Source: Eledone cirrhosa
Lineage: Eukaryota
Direction of reading: 5' to 3'
DNA length: 64,000 nucleotides
Assembly: GCA_964016885.1 (NCBI GenBank)
Contig: OZ024756.1
Span: forward strand, 40,920,001 to 40,984,000
Below the pieces are notes generated by a model. It saw nothing but the letters and a program-made list of their open reading frames with translations, was not told where the DNA came from and ran no database searches. Of this stretch, positions 52,501 to 64,000 are shown piece after piece. The translations under genes and the position numbers were made by a program. How positions within the stretch are numbered: position 1 is the first letter of the stretch; each line of letters begins with the position of its first letter.

Positions 52501-54208
52501 TGTTCACAGTGGCCCAAATTATATATATATGGTTGCAGTTTATTGAAATTAGCAAATTACCTCATATCACTTAAGAAAACCTGATGAACTTTTGATTGTG
52601 AAACTTAGTATTTATAGCAATTTTGAAGGTTTTAGTTTTGTATTGTGTTTATCCAAATTAGAATGGGTATACTGCATCCCTGTGTGTTGAGCCCCAAAAG
52701 CGGTCATGTAGTTGTTCAATTTTGTTTCAACCTAAATACATTCAAGGCACCTTCTGCTCCTTCCATCACTTCTATATTAAATACTGCTTCCTGCTGGTAC
52801 TCCATCACTATCCATGTTTCCCTCCAATAAACACAAGCTTTTCATCTACAGCAAAATATTTGATAATTCAATAATTGGTTGTGCCCCCTTTGACTCACTA
52901 AACTAGGACAATGAGTACTTTGACTGTGACCCTACAGACAATGAAACATTGTCACAAGCCTACTACTAAATTTGAGTAACTATAAATATATATATTTCTT
53001 CAGTTTTCAAAGAACTGTGAAATTATATCAAAACATTTTCTCAGAAGAAGAAGCAAATCAAATTTAGAATATCCTAGATGAGGACAAACGTGGGTGTGCA
53101 GGGATACTTCCTGTGACAAGGACACCAAACACTTAGCAAACAGCATCCTGTCTTCAACTATTATCCTTAACAATTCAAGTATTAGATACAGAAAGTATTA
53201 GATACAGAAAGTTCACTACTGGCTGTGGGGGTCAGAAATAGTTATGTGGTACTATTACTACAACAACAACTAAAACTACAGCTGCCTCTTACAATCAGAA
53301 ATCCCTTGGTAGTATATACCATGTTGTTGTAAAAGGTTTTAGGTGGCCATGTTGTCACAAGCAGACACAGATATCCTCTTGAGCTTCCTTCACTTGATCC
53401 AGTAGAACATCCAGGATCTAGGATGTGACATAAGGAAAGAGGGATGCACCAGTACTGAGCTGGGATGGTACTTTCTTTATTGACCCTGAAAGGATGGAAG
53501 TCAAACTGAACCTCAGTGGGGTTTGAACTCAGAGCACAAAATAAATATCCAGCTTTCTAACAACTGCCAAATCAACTGTCTTTATCAATAACTACTACTA
53601 CTACTACTATTACTAAATAGAAAAGCTTCATATCTCCTCCTCTTTAATAGAAATGTAGGATTTTGTGTTTATTAAAAAAGAAAATCAATATTACGTTTGG
53701 CTGTAAACGTTTGTGAAAACTGAATTTATTTAATAAAAAGACATCTCATTAATGTAGAGGTTTAACTTTAGAAATAGTAATTGTTCATTACAGGAATCAA
53801 TTATTGTTACTTGGTTTTCATTAATGTTCTAACAAATATTCAAGGTGATAATTGTTTGAATCATTCGAGTATGAGACAAAAGACCTCACACTGTAATTTA
53901 ACTATGACTCTTACATTCTCATACCAAATCTGCTTCTTTCATCCTTCTAGCTTCAATAAAGTACCAGTCAACTATTGAAATTGGATTATTGATTATTTCC
54001 AACCCCCAAAATATCTGGATTTGAGCCTCTGTTAAGAAATATTATCTGATAAAAGACGAGCAGAGTAAAGCAAAATTGGTAGACTCTGGCCTAAATATGT
54101 TATATGTGTTTATGTTGTCTGTTCAGAGTTCACCAAAGTTTTATTCTTTCCCCTCTCCATGAAATCATGTGTAATTTCTCCCTCAGCACATCCAACGAAG
54201 CATGGTTG

Positions 54209-54252
<44 letters not shown>

Positions 54253-54974
54253 TTCCAATGTAGCATGGTATCTATTCAATTATTTGCTTTTCCATAATAA
54301 ACATGTAAGTAAATATATTATATATTTAATTTGAATTAGAGAGGTTGTCACACCCTGACACAACTAAAGGGTCATCTCAACTCTTTTTTTGCATGGTTTC
54401 TACAGCAGGATCCCCTTCTTGCCACCAACCACCTTATATACACACATCATGTATCATTAGAGCTAGTTGAACATTTTAAAATACCAAGAAAGATAGTAAT
54501 GCTCTTATCAACCTAGGAAAGTAAATTTGAAATATAACCTTTAAATAATTTCAAATAGTATTTGCACTTTGTTAGGTCTTGATAACCCCTTTCTAACATT
54601 TAGTGTTTTATTACCTTCTTCATGGAATAATTATCATTTGCTAACAATCCAAAGTTATTAGACCCCATGAAAGTTGCTAGTTTTGATGTGAACTAAATTA
54701 AACCTAATATTCTATTATTGCTAGTTCATTTTTTTAATTATTTTTTGATAGCTGAAGTTGTTTAGCACCAGGTGGCTCTGACTGAGTGGACATACACTTA
54801 AAGGTTTCTCAGCTGTTATCCACATTGTCCTATTTTCAGAACTAGAGTTCCTTGTTTATCTAGAGTCATATTATTTCATGTGTCCTTCTGATTTTAAACA
54901 TGGCAGAATGTAATTTAAGGAAGCTTTGGCTACTATTTCTACTTGGTTGAGTGATTGAGTCTGTCCCAAGCCCA

Positions 54975-55237
54975 GAGGCTGGATAGCCCAGTGCTTATTC
55001 CCGTTTTCATTGGCATCATGTAACTGAGAGCACATGACTTTCCCCTGGACAGGATACTAGTTCATTGCAAGGTTAACTCCTAACTACTGTCAGTACTCAT
55101 TTTTCAGCTGAATGTACTGGAACATGAAATTAAATGTTTTGCTCAAGAACACAATGCACCACTTGGTCCAAGAATCCAACCTATGACACTATGACTGTAA
55201 GTCCAACACCCTAACCACTAGGCCACATGCCTTCACA
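54975..55237 (-). mobile_element. SINE with family B head and a different 3' body
   Basis: CAGCTGAATGTACTGGAAC...TTGCTCAAGAACACAA...CCCTAACCACTAGGCCACATGCC. Confidence 0.75.
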
Positions 55238-55939
55238 CTGACTTGTGATAATTGAAACAATCTACCTTTATAGGTCATGTATTTCAAGTAATAAAAAAAC
55301 AACCCTAAATATTACAATATTTCTATTTTAGAAAATACACAACTAAAAGATTTTATAATAAATAAAACAGCACAGTTATGCTGGGAATTGCTATTTGATT
55401 ATCTAGCATCTGTGACCAACATATATACAATATCATCAGATATTTAATATTTCTTTAAATATGATCTGACCTATCAAGCAAATGAATTAAGAGTGTTAGA
55501 AATGATTTCACTAATACAATGCTTACTGTTCTGTGATTCAAGTCCTTGTTAAGGTCATTTCATCTCTTTGTGATTGGTCAAATACATAGCAGTAATAGCC
55601 TGGGGTAAAAATCGTCAATGTAACAATATCATATACATTCTTAGAAACTTTAGATAAATTCCCAATTCAAGAAGGATTTCATTATATGTGATATATTTTC
55701 ACAGTCTAGATAACATAATTGTTTCTACTTTTGGCACAAGGCCAGCAATTATCAGTGTATTACTGGTACTTTATTTTATAATACAGGTCTGTATGAGCAA
55801 GACACCATCTCCTGACTCGTCTCATAATACAATGAACCATCTAACCCATGCACACGGGGAAAATGGATGGTAAATGATGATGATGGTGATTTGAAATAAA
55901 TGTTTGAACATTTTTAAGTGTACAAATTTTCAACTGACC

Positions 55940-56286
55940 AAACCTTTTCAATACCTACCAAACCACAAGAAACCACTCCTGGTTCTATGATACAAAGTTG
56001 TTTATTTTAAAGTGTTTGTATTTATCTAAAAACCTTTCATCATAATTTTGTGTAGGAATCTTGGTTATGTTCCAGATCACCTAAAGCAACCACTGTTTCT
56101 TTAATACAAAGCTGTTTATTTTAAAGTGTTTATAGTTATCTAAAAACCTTCCATCGTCATTTTTTATTAAGTTACATTCCAAACACCAGCTTAATAATGA
56201 GAAAATGAATTATATTACAAAACCCTTGTAAATCCTTAATTATTTTCTGCTGTCTTTCATTAGAAATATAGTAACAAAAGTGTTAA
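55940..56286. mobile_element. non-autonomous TTAA-ended (piggyBac-like) MITE with internal duplication
   Basis: Shares AAAACCTTCCATCATAATTTT and CCAAACACCAGCTTAATAATGA blocks with copies at ~30740, 32000-32140, 58487-58717 and 59670-59833. Ends AAAAGTGTTAA. Confidence 0.55.
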
Positions 56287-56767
56287 GAGTAAAATGCTTA
56301 GAAAAAACCTGAAAAAATTCCTTCTGTAGTGTCAATTATATTAGTGAGTTTAGGGCAAAATTGTTGTGAGCAGCATACCTGACAAAGTCAAGGTCCTTAT
56401 AAATGTATAGATGAAAATAAAACATCTACTACTATGATTCCTTTTCATTGTTAAATATAATTGCAAGAGAATATAGGTCAGAAGCTATAGAATATAGGCA
56501 GATGGAGTTGAATGTGTTTAGTTTACATATGTTTCAAATACAACAGTAAGCAAACAGATCGATAGCTATGCTTTCCTGAATTCACCATTGTTGTTAAATA
56601 ATATATGAAAGCAACTCAGATTAAAAAAAACAAATACTTGGAGAAAAATTAACAACTGAGGGAAATTAAAACATTTGAAGCCTTATAATGATATGTATTA
56701 AAATATATATCAAATTTACAGATAAGTATTTCATTCAATAATGAAAATGTGCCATTTTAAAACATGT

Positions 56768-56811
<44 letters not shown>

Positions 56812-57419
56812 CAATATGACAAGCTAGTCCCTTTGTCTAGTAAAAGTTAAACGATTTATCTGATGAGAGTGGCAGAGTGTCTTGATGTATATGATGTATG
56901 TATGTATATGTATGTGTGTGTGTGTGTGTGTGTACACGTGTGTGAGTACATAAATAAGTGTGTGTATGTGTATACATATATTTGTGAGTGTTTGTGTGTG
57001 TGTGTATATATATATACATACATGTGTGTGAGTACATATCTAAATGTATGTATATATATCATCATCATTGTTTAACATCAGCTTTCTCTGCTAGCAAGGG
57101 TTGGATGGGTCTACATAAACCAAGTCAATATTGAAGTGGAGCTATTGACCTCCCAGACAGGCTGAGAGGTCTACACCCTGCTTATGTATGGTCATATGTT
57201 CTATCGAGTGCACAAGAGAGGTTGTCATGTATTTTGACACAACCTGAAGAATCCTCTCAACCCTTTGTTTGGCAAGCTTTCTTTGGCTGGATTGCCCTTC
57301 CTATCACCAACATGTACTGGGTTCTTTTATATAACACACACACACGCATGTGTACTTATAGTTCCACCATATCATTCCCCCACCATGTCATGTTATGTCA
57401 AACTGGAACTGTGCTCCAG

Positions 57420-58330
57420 CCCCAGATCCGTTCTGTGAATTATAACAAATTATTTCTTAGAAACTCCAAATGTCTTCCATGTTGTCTTCATCTTCCCCTC
57501 CATCTTACTTCTTGTACACAACCCTTCAGCTAGTACTTCTTTGGATTTACATCTAGTTGAATGATATTTCATTTTCCTTACCTTTCTTATCCAGATTGTT
57601 TTATATCTCTGGGTTCATCTAACTCTTAAATATGTGTTTAGTGACACATATTTATGCTGAGTGGTACATTTTTCACTGGAGAAAACTTTAACCTTAACAA
57701 CCTTCTGTCCCATTTCTGGATGAGTATCAACTATATCTGGCTTGTATGTTTATCTGAGTGGTAGGTGCTGGTATGGTTCCTACAGTCAGTGTTGTGAATG
57801 GTTAGACCCATTTGGATTGCAGAACTCCAAGAGTTTTGATTCCTTTTCATTACATTTACTATAGTCTCCATCTATATTAGAATATACATCATGGGGTTAC
57901 CAAATATGGACATTAAAGTCCCGAGTCATGATAATGAGGTTGCTGTTGCTGTCATGTTATCAAGATAGTCTACAAAAGGGTATCAGAGAAATGGTCCACC
58001 TTCTGCTCATCTGATAGTCCCAATTGATGTGTACATGCACAGATCACCATTGTTGTTGTGGTGGTGTCTATGGCTAGTCTAAGCTTAGTTGTTCTCTTAC
58101 ATACTCTGCTTTATCTATTTCTCTGCCAACAATATATTTACTTCCCTAACTTCAGTGCCTTTAGTCAGCCTGAAGAATTTGTACGCGTGTTTCTTGCTTG
58201 TGATGAGTCTGACTGAGACTCTCCACCATCCTACTTCTTGTCCAGAACTCACATTCAGTTGCCTCCACTCTAGCCTCTCTACCATCTCTCCAAACATACC
58301 TTTCATCATGTCAACATTTACAAGGGCAGC
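57420..58330 (-). mobile_element. degenerate RTE-like LINE relic
   Basis: QEVGWWRVSVRLITSKKHAYK resembles the RTE linker WW..V...I..K..A.K. An EGKMKTTW-like 3' motif lies near 57490. Confidence 0.45.
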
Positions 58331-58486
58331 CCTGAAATTTTACACCTGGTAAAGAAAGAAGAGTTTCTGGGGATATTTGGATTGTCTGGTGTCTCTTATC
58401 TGCACCTGAAAGGAAGACATGGGTGCAATTGTTCGATGACACAAGCTCTTTCTACATTTCAATGAATTTCTTCTTCGATATAGACT

Positions 58487-58717
58487 TTAACCTTCTCATC
58501 ATATTTTTAATGAAAAATATTGTCTAGGATTTTTTAATAATTTTTAAAATAAAAAAAGAATTAGTGGGATTTGGTAACGTAACTAAGTTTCTCATTATTT
58601 ATCTGGTGTTTGGAACATTTTGATGGAAGTTCTTTATTTTTTGAGAAATTTAAACAAGAGGTTTTTCTATCCAAGAAACAGGACCAGTTTCAGGTGGTTT
58701 GGTATGAAGAGAGTTAA
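58487..58717. mobile_element. TTAA-flanked MITE, same family, opposite orientation
   Basis: Begins TTAACCTT and ends AGAGAGTTAA. Internal blocks are the reverse complement of 55940-56286. Confidence 0.6.
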
Positions 58718-59254
58718 ACTGCAACCATACATACAGTCTTCAAACAAATTTTGTATTCATAAAAACTAAATTTTAAACTTTACAATAACAACCTTCAGTA
58801 TTAAATCATGTTCACTTTTTGTTTAAGAGAATCTTACTTAAAATTTGATGTCTCTATCCAAACTTAGTGCAAACTGCTACATAAGATAGCCCAACCTCTT
58901 TCTCTCATCAAGATAGCCCAACCTCTTTCTCTCATCAGTCTTAATGCTTCTGTATTAAATATTAAATTAAAAATATAAAAGTATCAGCTGTAGTAAACAG
59001 ATTACATTAATTAGCAATGATAAATATTTTCAATATAGGAACCACACTATGGTTAACTGTTAAATTCAATACAAACTTATTTGTATATGTCCTGTCAATT
59101 TGGTGTGGATTATTTTTGGAGATGAAATAGTTAAGTAGATAAAGTGCTGACATGTTAAATTTATTTCCCAATTTTGTTTGGCATATTTTACTGTTTCCTG
59201 TGTTGAAACACTTTTGCTGTAAAATAATATTGGCAGTTTATAGAAACATCCATC

Positions 59255-59560
59255 ATCATTATCCTCGTCACCGTTTAACATCCATTTTTCATGCTTACAA
59301 GGGTTAGATAGGTTGTCACATTCTGAAGCTTGAATAATCAGGTGACCACATCTTGCTCATACATTCCATTTTGGGCTTGGTTTCTATGGCTGAATGTCCT
59401 TCCTAATGCCAACTACTTTACAGAGTGAACTGGGTGCTTTTTGGTGTGGCACAAGCACTACCACTTTATGGGATGGACTGAGTGATTTTTTTATTATGGT
59501 ACCAGCACCTCACAGGATAGACAGGATGCTTTTTGAAATGGCACCAGCACCACCTCATTA
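59255..59560 (-). mobile_element. SINE family B-related fragment with RTE-type tail
   Basis: Homologous to 3115-3400. Confidence 0.65.
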
Positions 59561-62500
59561 CAAAATTAGGGTGCTCATTATGTCCTTGACCAAGCTGAGG
59601 AGGCAGGGATGGAAGTGGGGGAGCAAGTTACATGTTACTTGCTGAAGGAAGCCTGTTTGTTTTATATTTAGATTAAAACCTATCACGATTTTATGTAAGA
59701 ATCTTTTGTTAAGTAATGTTTCAAACATCAGCTTAACAATGAAAATATTTCTCCAAATATTTCATTATTTTCAAAATTTATTGAAACACGGTGGTGGTGT
59801 AGTTCATTAGAAATATAGTAACAAAAGGGTTTAGCTTTTAGTTCTTGTAATACCAATGCTCTGAGACATGCTTGTGTATTGCTATAAAATTCTGAAATGC
59901 TAAAACTAAGAACAATATAACTTCCTGTATGTTTTGAAGGAGGGGGGGGGGTCTGTAATAAAAAACAATGTATCAAGAAGGCTGATATGAACAAACATAA
60001 CTGTTGTTTTAGTGGTTATATATGGCTGGTTTGAATGCTAAAGGGTTAACCATTAAAATATTTTGATTGTGAAATAGCTGCCAGATAACACCATTTTAAT
60101 TTTCATTTAGAAAAAGGCTAGTACTTTTTTTTATAGCACTGTCTATGTGCAAACAAAACATTGTTGAGGTAGTTTTCTTTGTTACAAAAATTACAAATTT
60201 GCAAACATTTTCACATTAAGCCTTCTTATATAAACAAAGCATTGTTATTGTTACTATTAAAAGAAGAATATCTAATGTTTATAGGTTTAAAAAGTTAGTC
60301 AGGTAAATGTTTTCTAGTTGCTTTCATTTGAATTTCTTAAATAAAATATATTTTATTATTGTCAATCATTTAAGGAAAGAATTCATGCATGAGAGAATCA
60401 ACCAAATAATATAAATACTTGCTATGTTTTCCTTTATATCCTGATCATAATTTATAATGAAATATTCTGAGGTTTTTTAGGTGTTTTTTTTTCTTCATAT
60501 GTAAAAGAGTTGACCCATTTTAAAGAAAACATACTTGTATACTTGGTAACTTAAATGTAGAGGTGGGAACTTGAGATAGTGCAGAAAAAAATTATAAAGT
60601 AATCAAGTTTTGAAAGTATTTTGTAAAATAAACAGCTTGAGAAAAGACTTCTAAATAAAAGAAAAAACATATTAGAGAGCAAAAAGTAAAGTAACTAAAA
60701 GGCTGTTTTAATTGATTGTTAATTGGACAATGTAAAGACCTGTATTGAAATGGTGCAAATTTACATCTAGTTTCCCATGTAAACAATTGTAATTAATAAA
60801 AAGAAAGAACTATTCTGAGGCCTAGATAAATTTCAGAAGCCAAATCGATAAGCAAATGTTTGTGTGTCACGCCTATCTTAACAAATCAATATTTACGTAA
60901 CCCACATTACTAAGTCAACAAACTTCGGTACAAGATATCAATCATCTTTAATAAATAAATAATTATTGACCAGTTAATGACCAGTATTATTTCACATGTC
61001 CACTTTGTTCAGGCAGCAAATATTTATTGTTACAAATAAAATATTTAGAGGTGTTATCTATACTTCTTAGAAATATTTCAACTGTAATCATTGGCATGTT
61101 AAACATTGTTATTTAATAGTAATAAAACATATTATAATGGTAGCTTTCTAATAATCCATATTAAATGTTTACTTTGACACTAATTTGTTTGAGCAGCAGA
61201 CAATATCTGGATACTGCAGCATATTATTTATGTATTCTCACGGCAACCATTTATCCCATATCATAGTGATCATAGTGACATTTCAACCAAATGCCAAAAC
61301 ACACAATGTCCTTCCTAATCATTTGATTAGTTTCCTCCCAATATAATTCTAATATTTCTTGTGTGGGGGCTGGGGAAAGATAGAGGACATTTCTTGGAAC
61401 ATTCAAATAAGTACCTGATAGTATTATAACATGAATAAAGAATATTTAGTAAACTGATTATAAAAGAATTAAGTAAAGTCTCTCTTGCTGAATCAGATGG
61501 TCATATTAAATAACTATGTCTGTATAAATATAATCCCACATGTCCCTTTCCATGTGTGTGTGTGTGGTGTTAGGAAGAGCATCCTGCTGTATAAACCATA
61601 CCAAACAAATGGCTGGGGGGTTTCTTCAGTTGTGTCGAGGATATGACAACCTCCCTAATGTTGGTACCACAATAAAATGCACCCAGTGATTGGTGACAGG
61701 AAGGGCATTCAGCCATAGAAGCCATATTAAACTGCAATGTATGTAAGCTAAATGTGGCTCCCAGCCCATCTAGGAGGACATTAGCTCCACATAAGTATTG
61801 ATTTGGTCTGTGATGACTCATCCAACCCATGCCATCTTGGAAAATGGACATTGAATAATATGAAAAAAGAAAATAATTATATATTTTTCCAACAGTGTAT
61901 AGTTGATAATACAACTATGCCTAATATGAGCAAGGATCTGCTCCTTCAAGCTAACCAATATACTATACAATTTACCAATATCATAATGTATAATATAAAT
62001 ATCCTTATGTAAATCAAGAATATTTCACAAGAGTCCAAAGTTCACCATCACCATATATAACTTCAACTAGCTTGCAAGCTGGTAGGCCTATTGATCTTTA
62101 ATACTTCAAAGATTAATAAGATTATAAGTAACCCCACAATATGCCTAATATACAATTCTCCATAGCATAGTTCTGTTGGAAAGTTAGAGAAGCATGTGCA
62201 GGTGAACAAATCAATCAACATTTGATAAATTAAGCTTGGTAGTGATGGCAGCTACTTTGGTGCTATTTTTGTCTTTCTCCAAATGGTTTATGAAGCATCA
62301 TTGATGTCAATTCACAACAAGCCAAAGAAAACAAATGATGTTTTGGTTACCGGTGTTGGTAAATCCTTGTTAACTTCTTACTAGTTATCATAAATGTATT
62401 ACAAAACTAATAAATATATTAATCATAATTAAACAGCTGCCACAAACAATCAAGTATAACTTGGTAGTTCACTGAGGGTTTTAGGTGTTGATGATGTCAC

Positions 62501-63264
62501 AAGCAGACACAGACACCCTCTCAACAACTCGCTCACTTAATCTAATGAAATATCCAGGATGTGACAGCTGGAGTGAGAGAGGGCTGTACCAGCAGTGGGC
62601 TGGTACTTTCATTATTAACCCCAAAATCATGAAAGACAAAGTTAACCTCAGCAGGATTCAATTTGAGAGTGTAGATACCCAACACAATTACCCCAAACTC
62701 TGATGACTCTGTTACATCAATCAGCTTATATTAGTCATAGTACTTGGATATATTTATTTATTAAATGTGTAAATGTAAGTTAGTGTTCTGGTGAGGACAG
62801 AGACCAAGCTGTTAAATTTCACTCTATAACCTAACCTTTTAGGGGTAAAAGATGGGGCAATTTTTTCCATGGTTTTTCTCATGAGCCAGGAAATATAATA
62901 TATATATTTAATTAACTAACTCTTTACTTACCAACATCCCAAATATATATACATTTATACACACATATGTGTATATATGTGCATATACATATTTATGCAA
63001 ATGGTTATATGTGTTGCTTTTTGGTACTGGTGGTGAGTACAAACACAAATATTAAAAAGTATATGATACCTAACTATATATTGTAGAGTAACAAGTGTAT
63101 GTACAGCATACTCACACATACGTGTATGTATATGTATATGATTGTGTACATATAATTATACATAAAAGTGCCCCAATTATGTGAGATATTTTCCACAATT
63201 CTTATGTATATGTTAACTAATTTATTGAGCATGTATTTGTCATTTATTACATCTGTTAACAAAT

Positions 63265-63510
63265 AATATTTACATCTGTTTTTATATAATATTTACATCT
63301 GCTAATATATAATATTTACATCTGTTTTTATATAATATTTACATCTGCTAATATATAATATTTACATCTATTTCTATATAATATATACATCTATTTCTAT
63401 ATAATATATACATCTGTTTCTATATAATATATACATCTGTTTCTATATAATATTTAGATCTGTTTCTATATAATATATACATCTGTTTCTATATAATATA
63501 TACATCTGTT
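63265..63510. repeat. 23-bp minisatellite
   Basis: ATATAATAT(T/A)TACATCTGTTTCT, ~10 copies. Confidence 0.95.
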
Positions 63511-64000
63511 AAGAAGTAGTATTTACATGTGTTACATAAGTAATCTAGTCGTACTGCAGCAGTGCTGTAAGTGTTCATTTAGACACCAAGATCTATAACT
63601 CATTACTTCTATTGATTCTTTCACTTCACTAGAAAACAATAAGTTGCAAAGGAAGTAGAAAATATCTTTTACGGAAAGATAGCAATCAATAGCTGGCCAG
63701 CTTTGTTAGGGGTTAGGGAAAGATTACAAACAATAGTTGGCTATCTCTGTAGAGTTAAAAGGTTAGGGTTGAGGTTAGTGAAAGACAACAGTCAGAAGTT
63801 GGTCAGCTTCAATAGAATTATGGGGTTATAAGCATGAATAAAAACCAAAAACAACTTGCTTCCCTCCTATTAGTTTCACAGGGAATCCATTTAATTATTA
63901 CTAATTGAAAAAAAGAAATACTCAATCATTATCATCATCATCACTGTTTAATGTCTATTTTCCATGCCTGTATGTTTGTCACATACTGAGATTAGACAAG

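Noticed and set aside
52575-52615. Third hammerhead-like string CTGATGA...GAAACTTAGTA
   Set aside because: Stems I and II pair too poorly to distinguish it from chance.
52780-52835. Kinase-like ETWIVMEY on the minus strand
   Set aside because: Bounded by stops, with no other kinase subdomains nearby.

Overview
AT-rich animal genomic DNA, dense in microsatellites and minisatellites. The SINE types, RTE-type tails and simple-repeat load suggest a mollusc, probably a coleoid cephalopod such as octopus; this is inference, not a database result. All long ORFs in the track are translated tandem repeats. The one well-supported gene is missing from the ORF track: a minus-strand spliced gene with an IQ calmodulin-binding motif exon (15692-15602, MEEEPFDDAATKIQANYKGYKTRKDLK) and a short terminal exon (13705-13673). 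It is either a ~37-aa neurogranin/PEP-19-like microprotein or the 3' end of a longer gene with small upstream exons (candidates near 33.1, 32.2, 26.3 and 22.1 kb). About 0.6 kb downstream is a ~140-bp inverted repeat whose arms each carry a type I hammerhead ribozyme fold (Penelope-like pLTR). The copy on the gene's strand has the intact core and the other is mutated. A second minimal hammerhead lies at 27.7 kb. The rest comprises two tRNA-derived SINE families, RTE, CR1/Jockey-like and CRE retrotransposon relics, TTAA-ended MITEs and at least ten minisatellites, one of which grew from inside a SINE.
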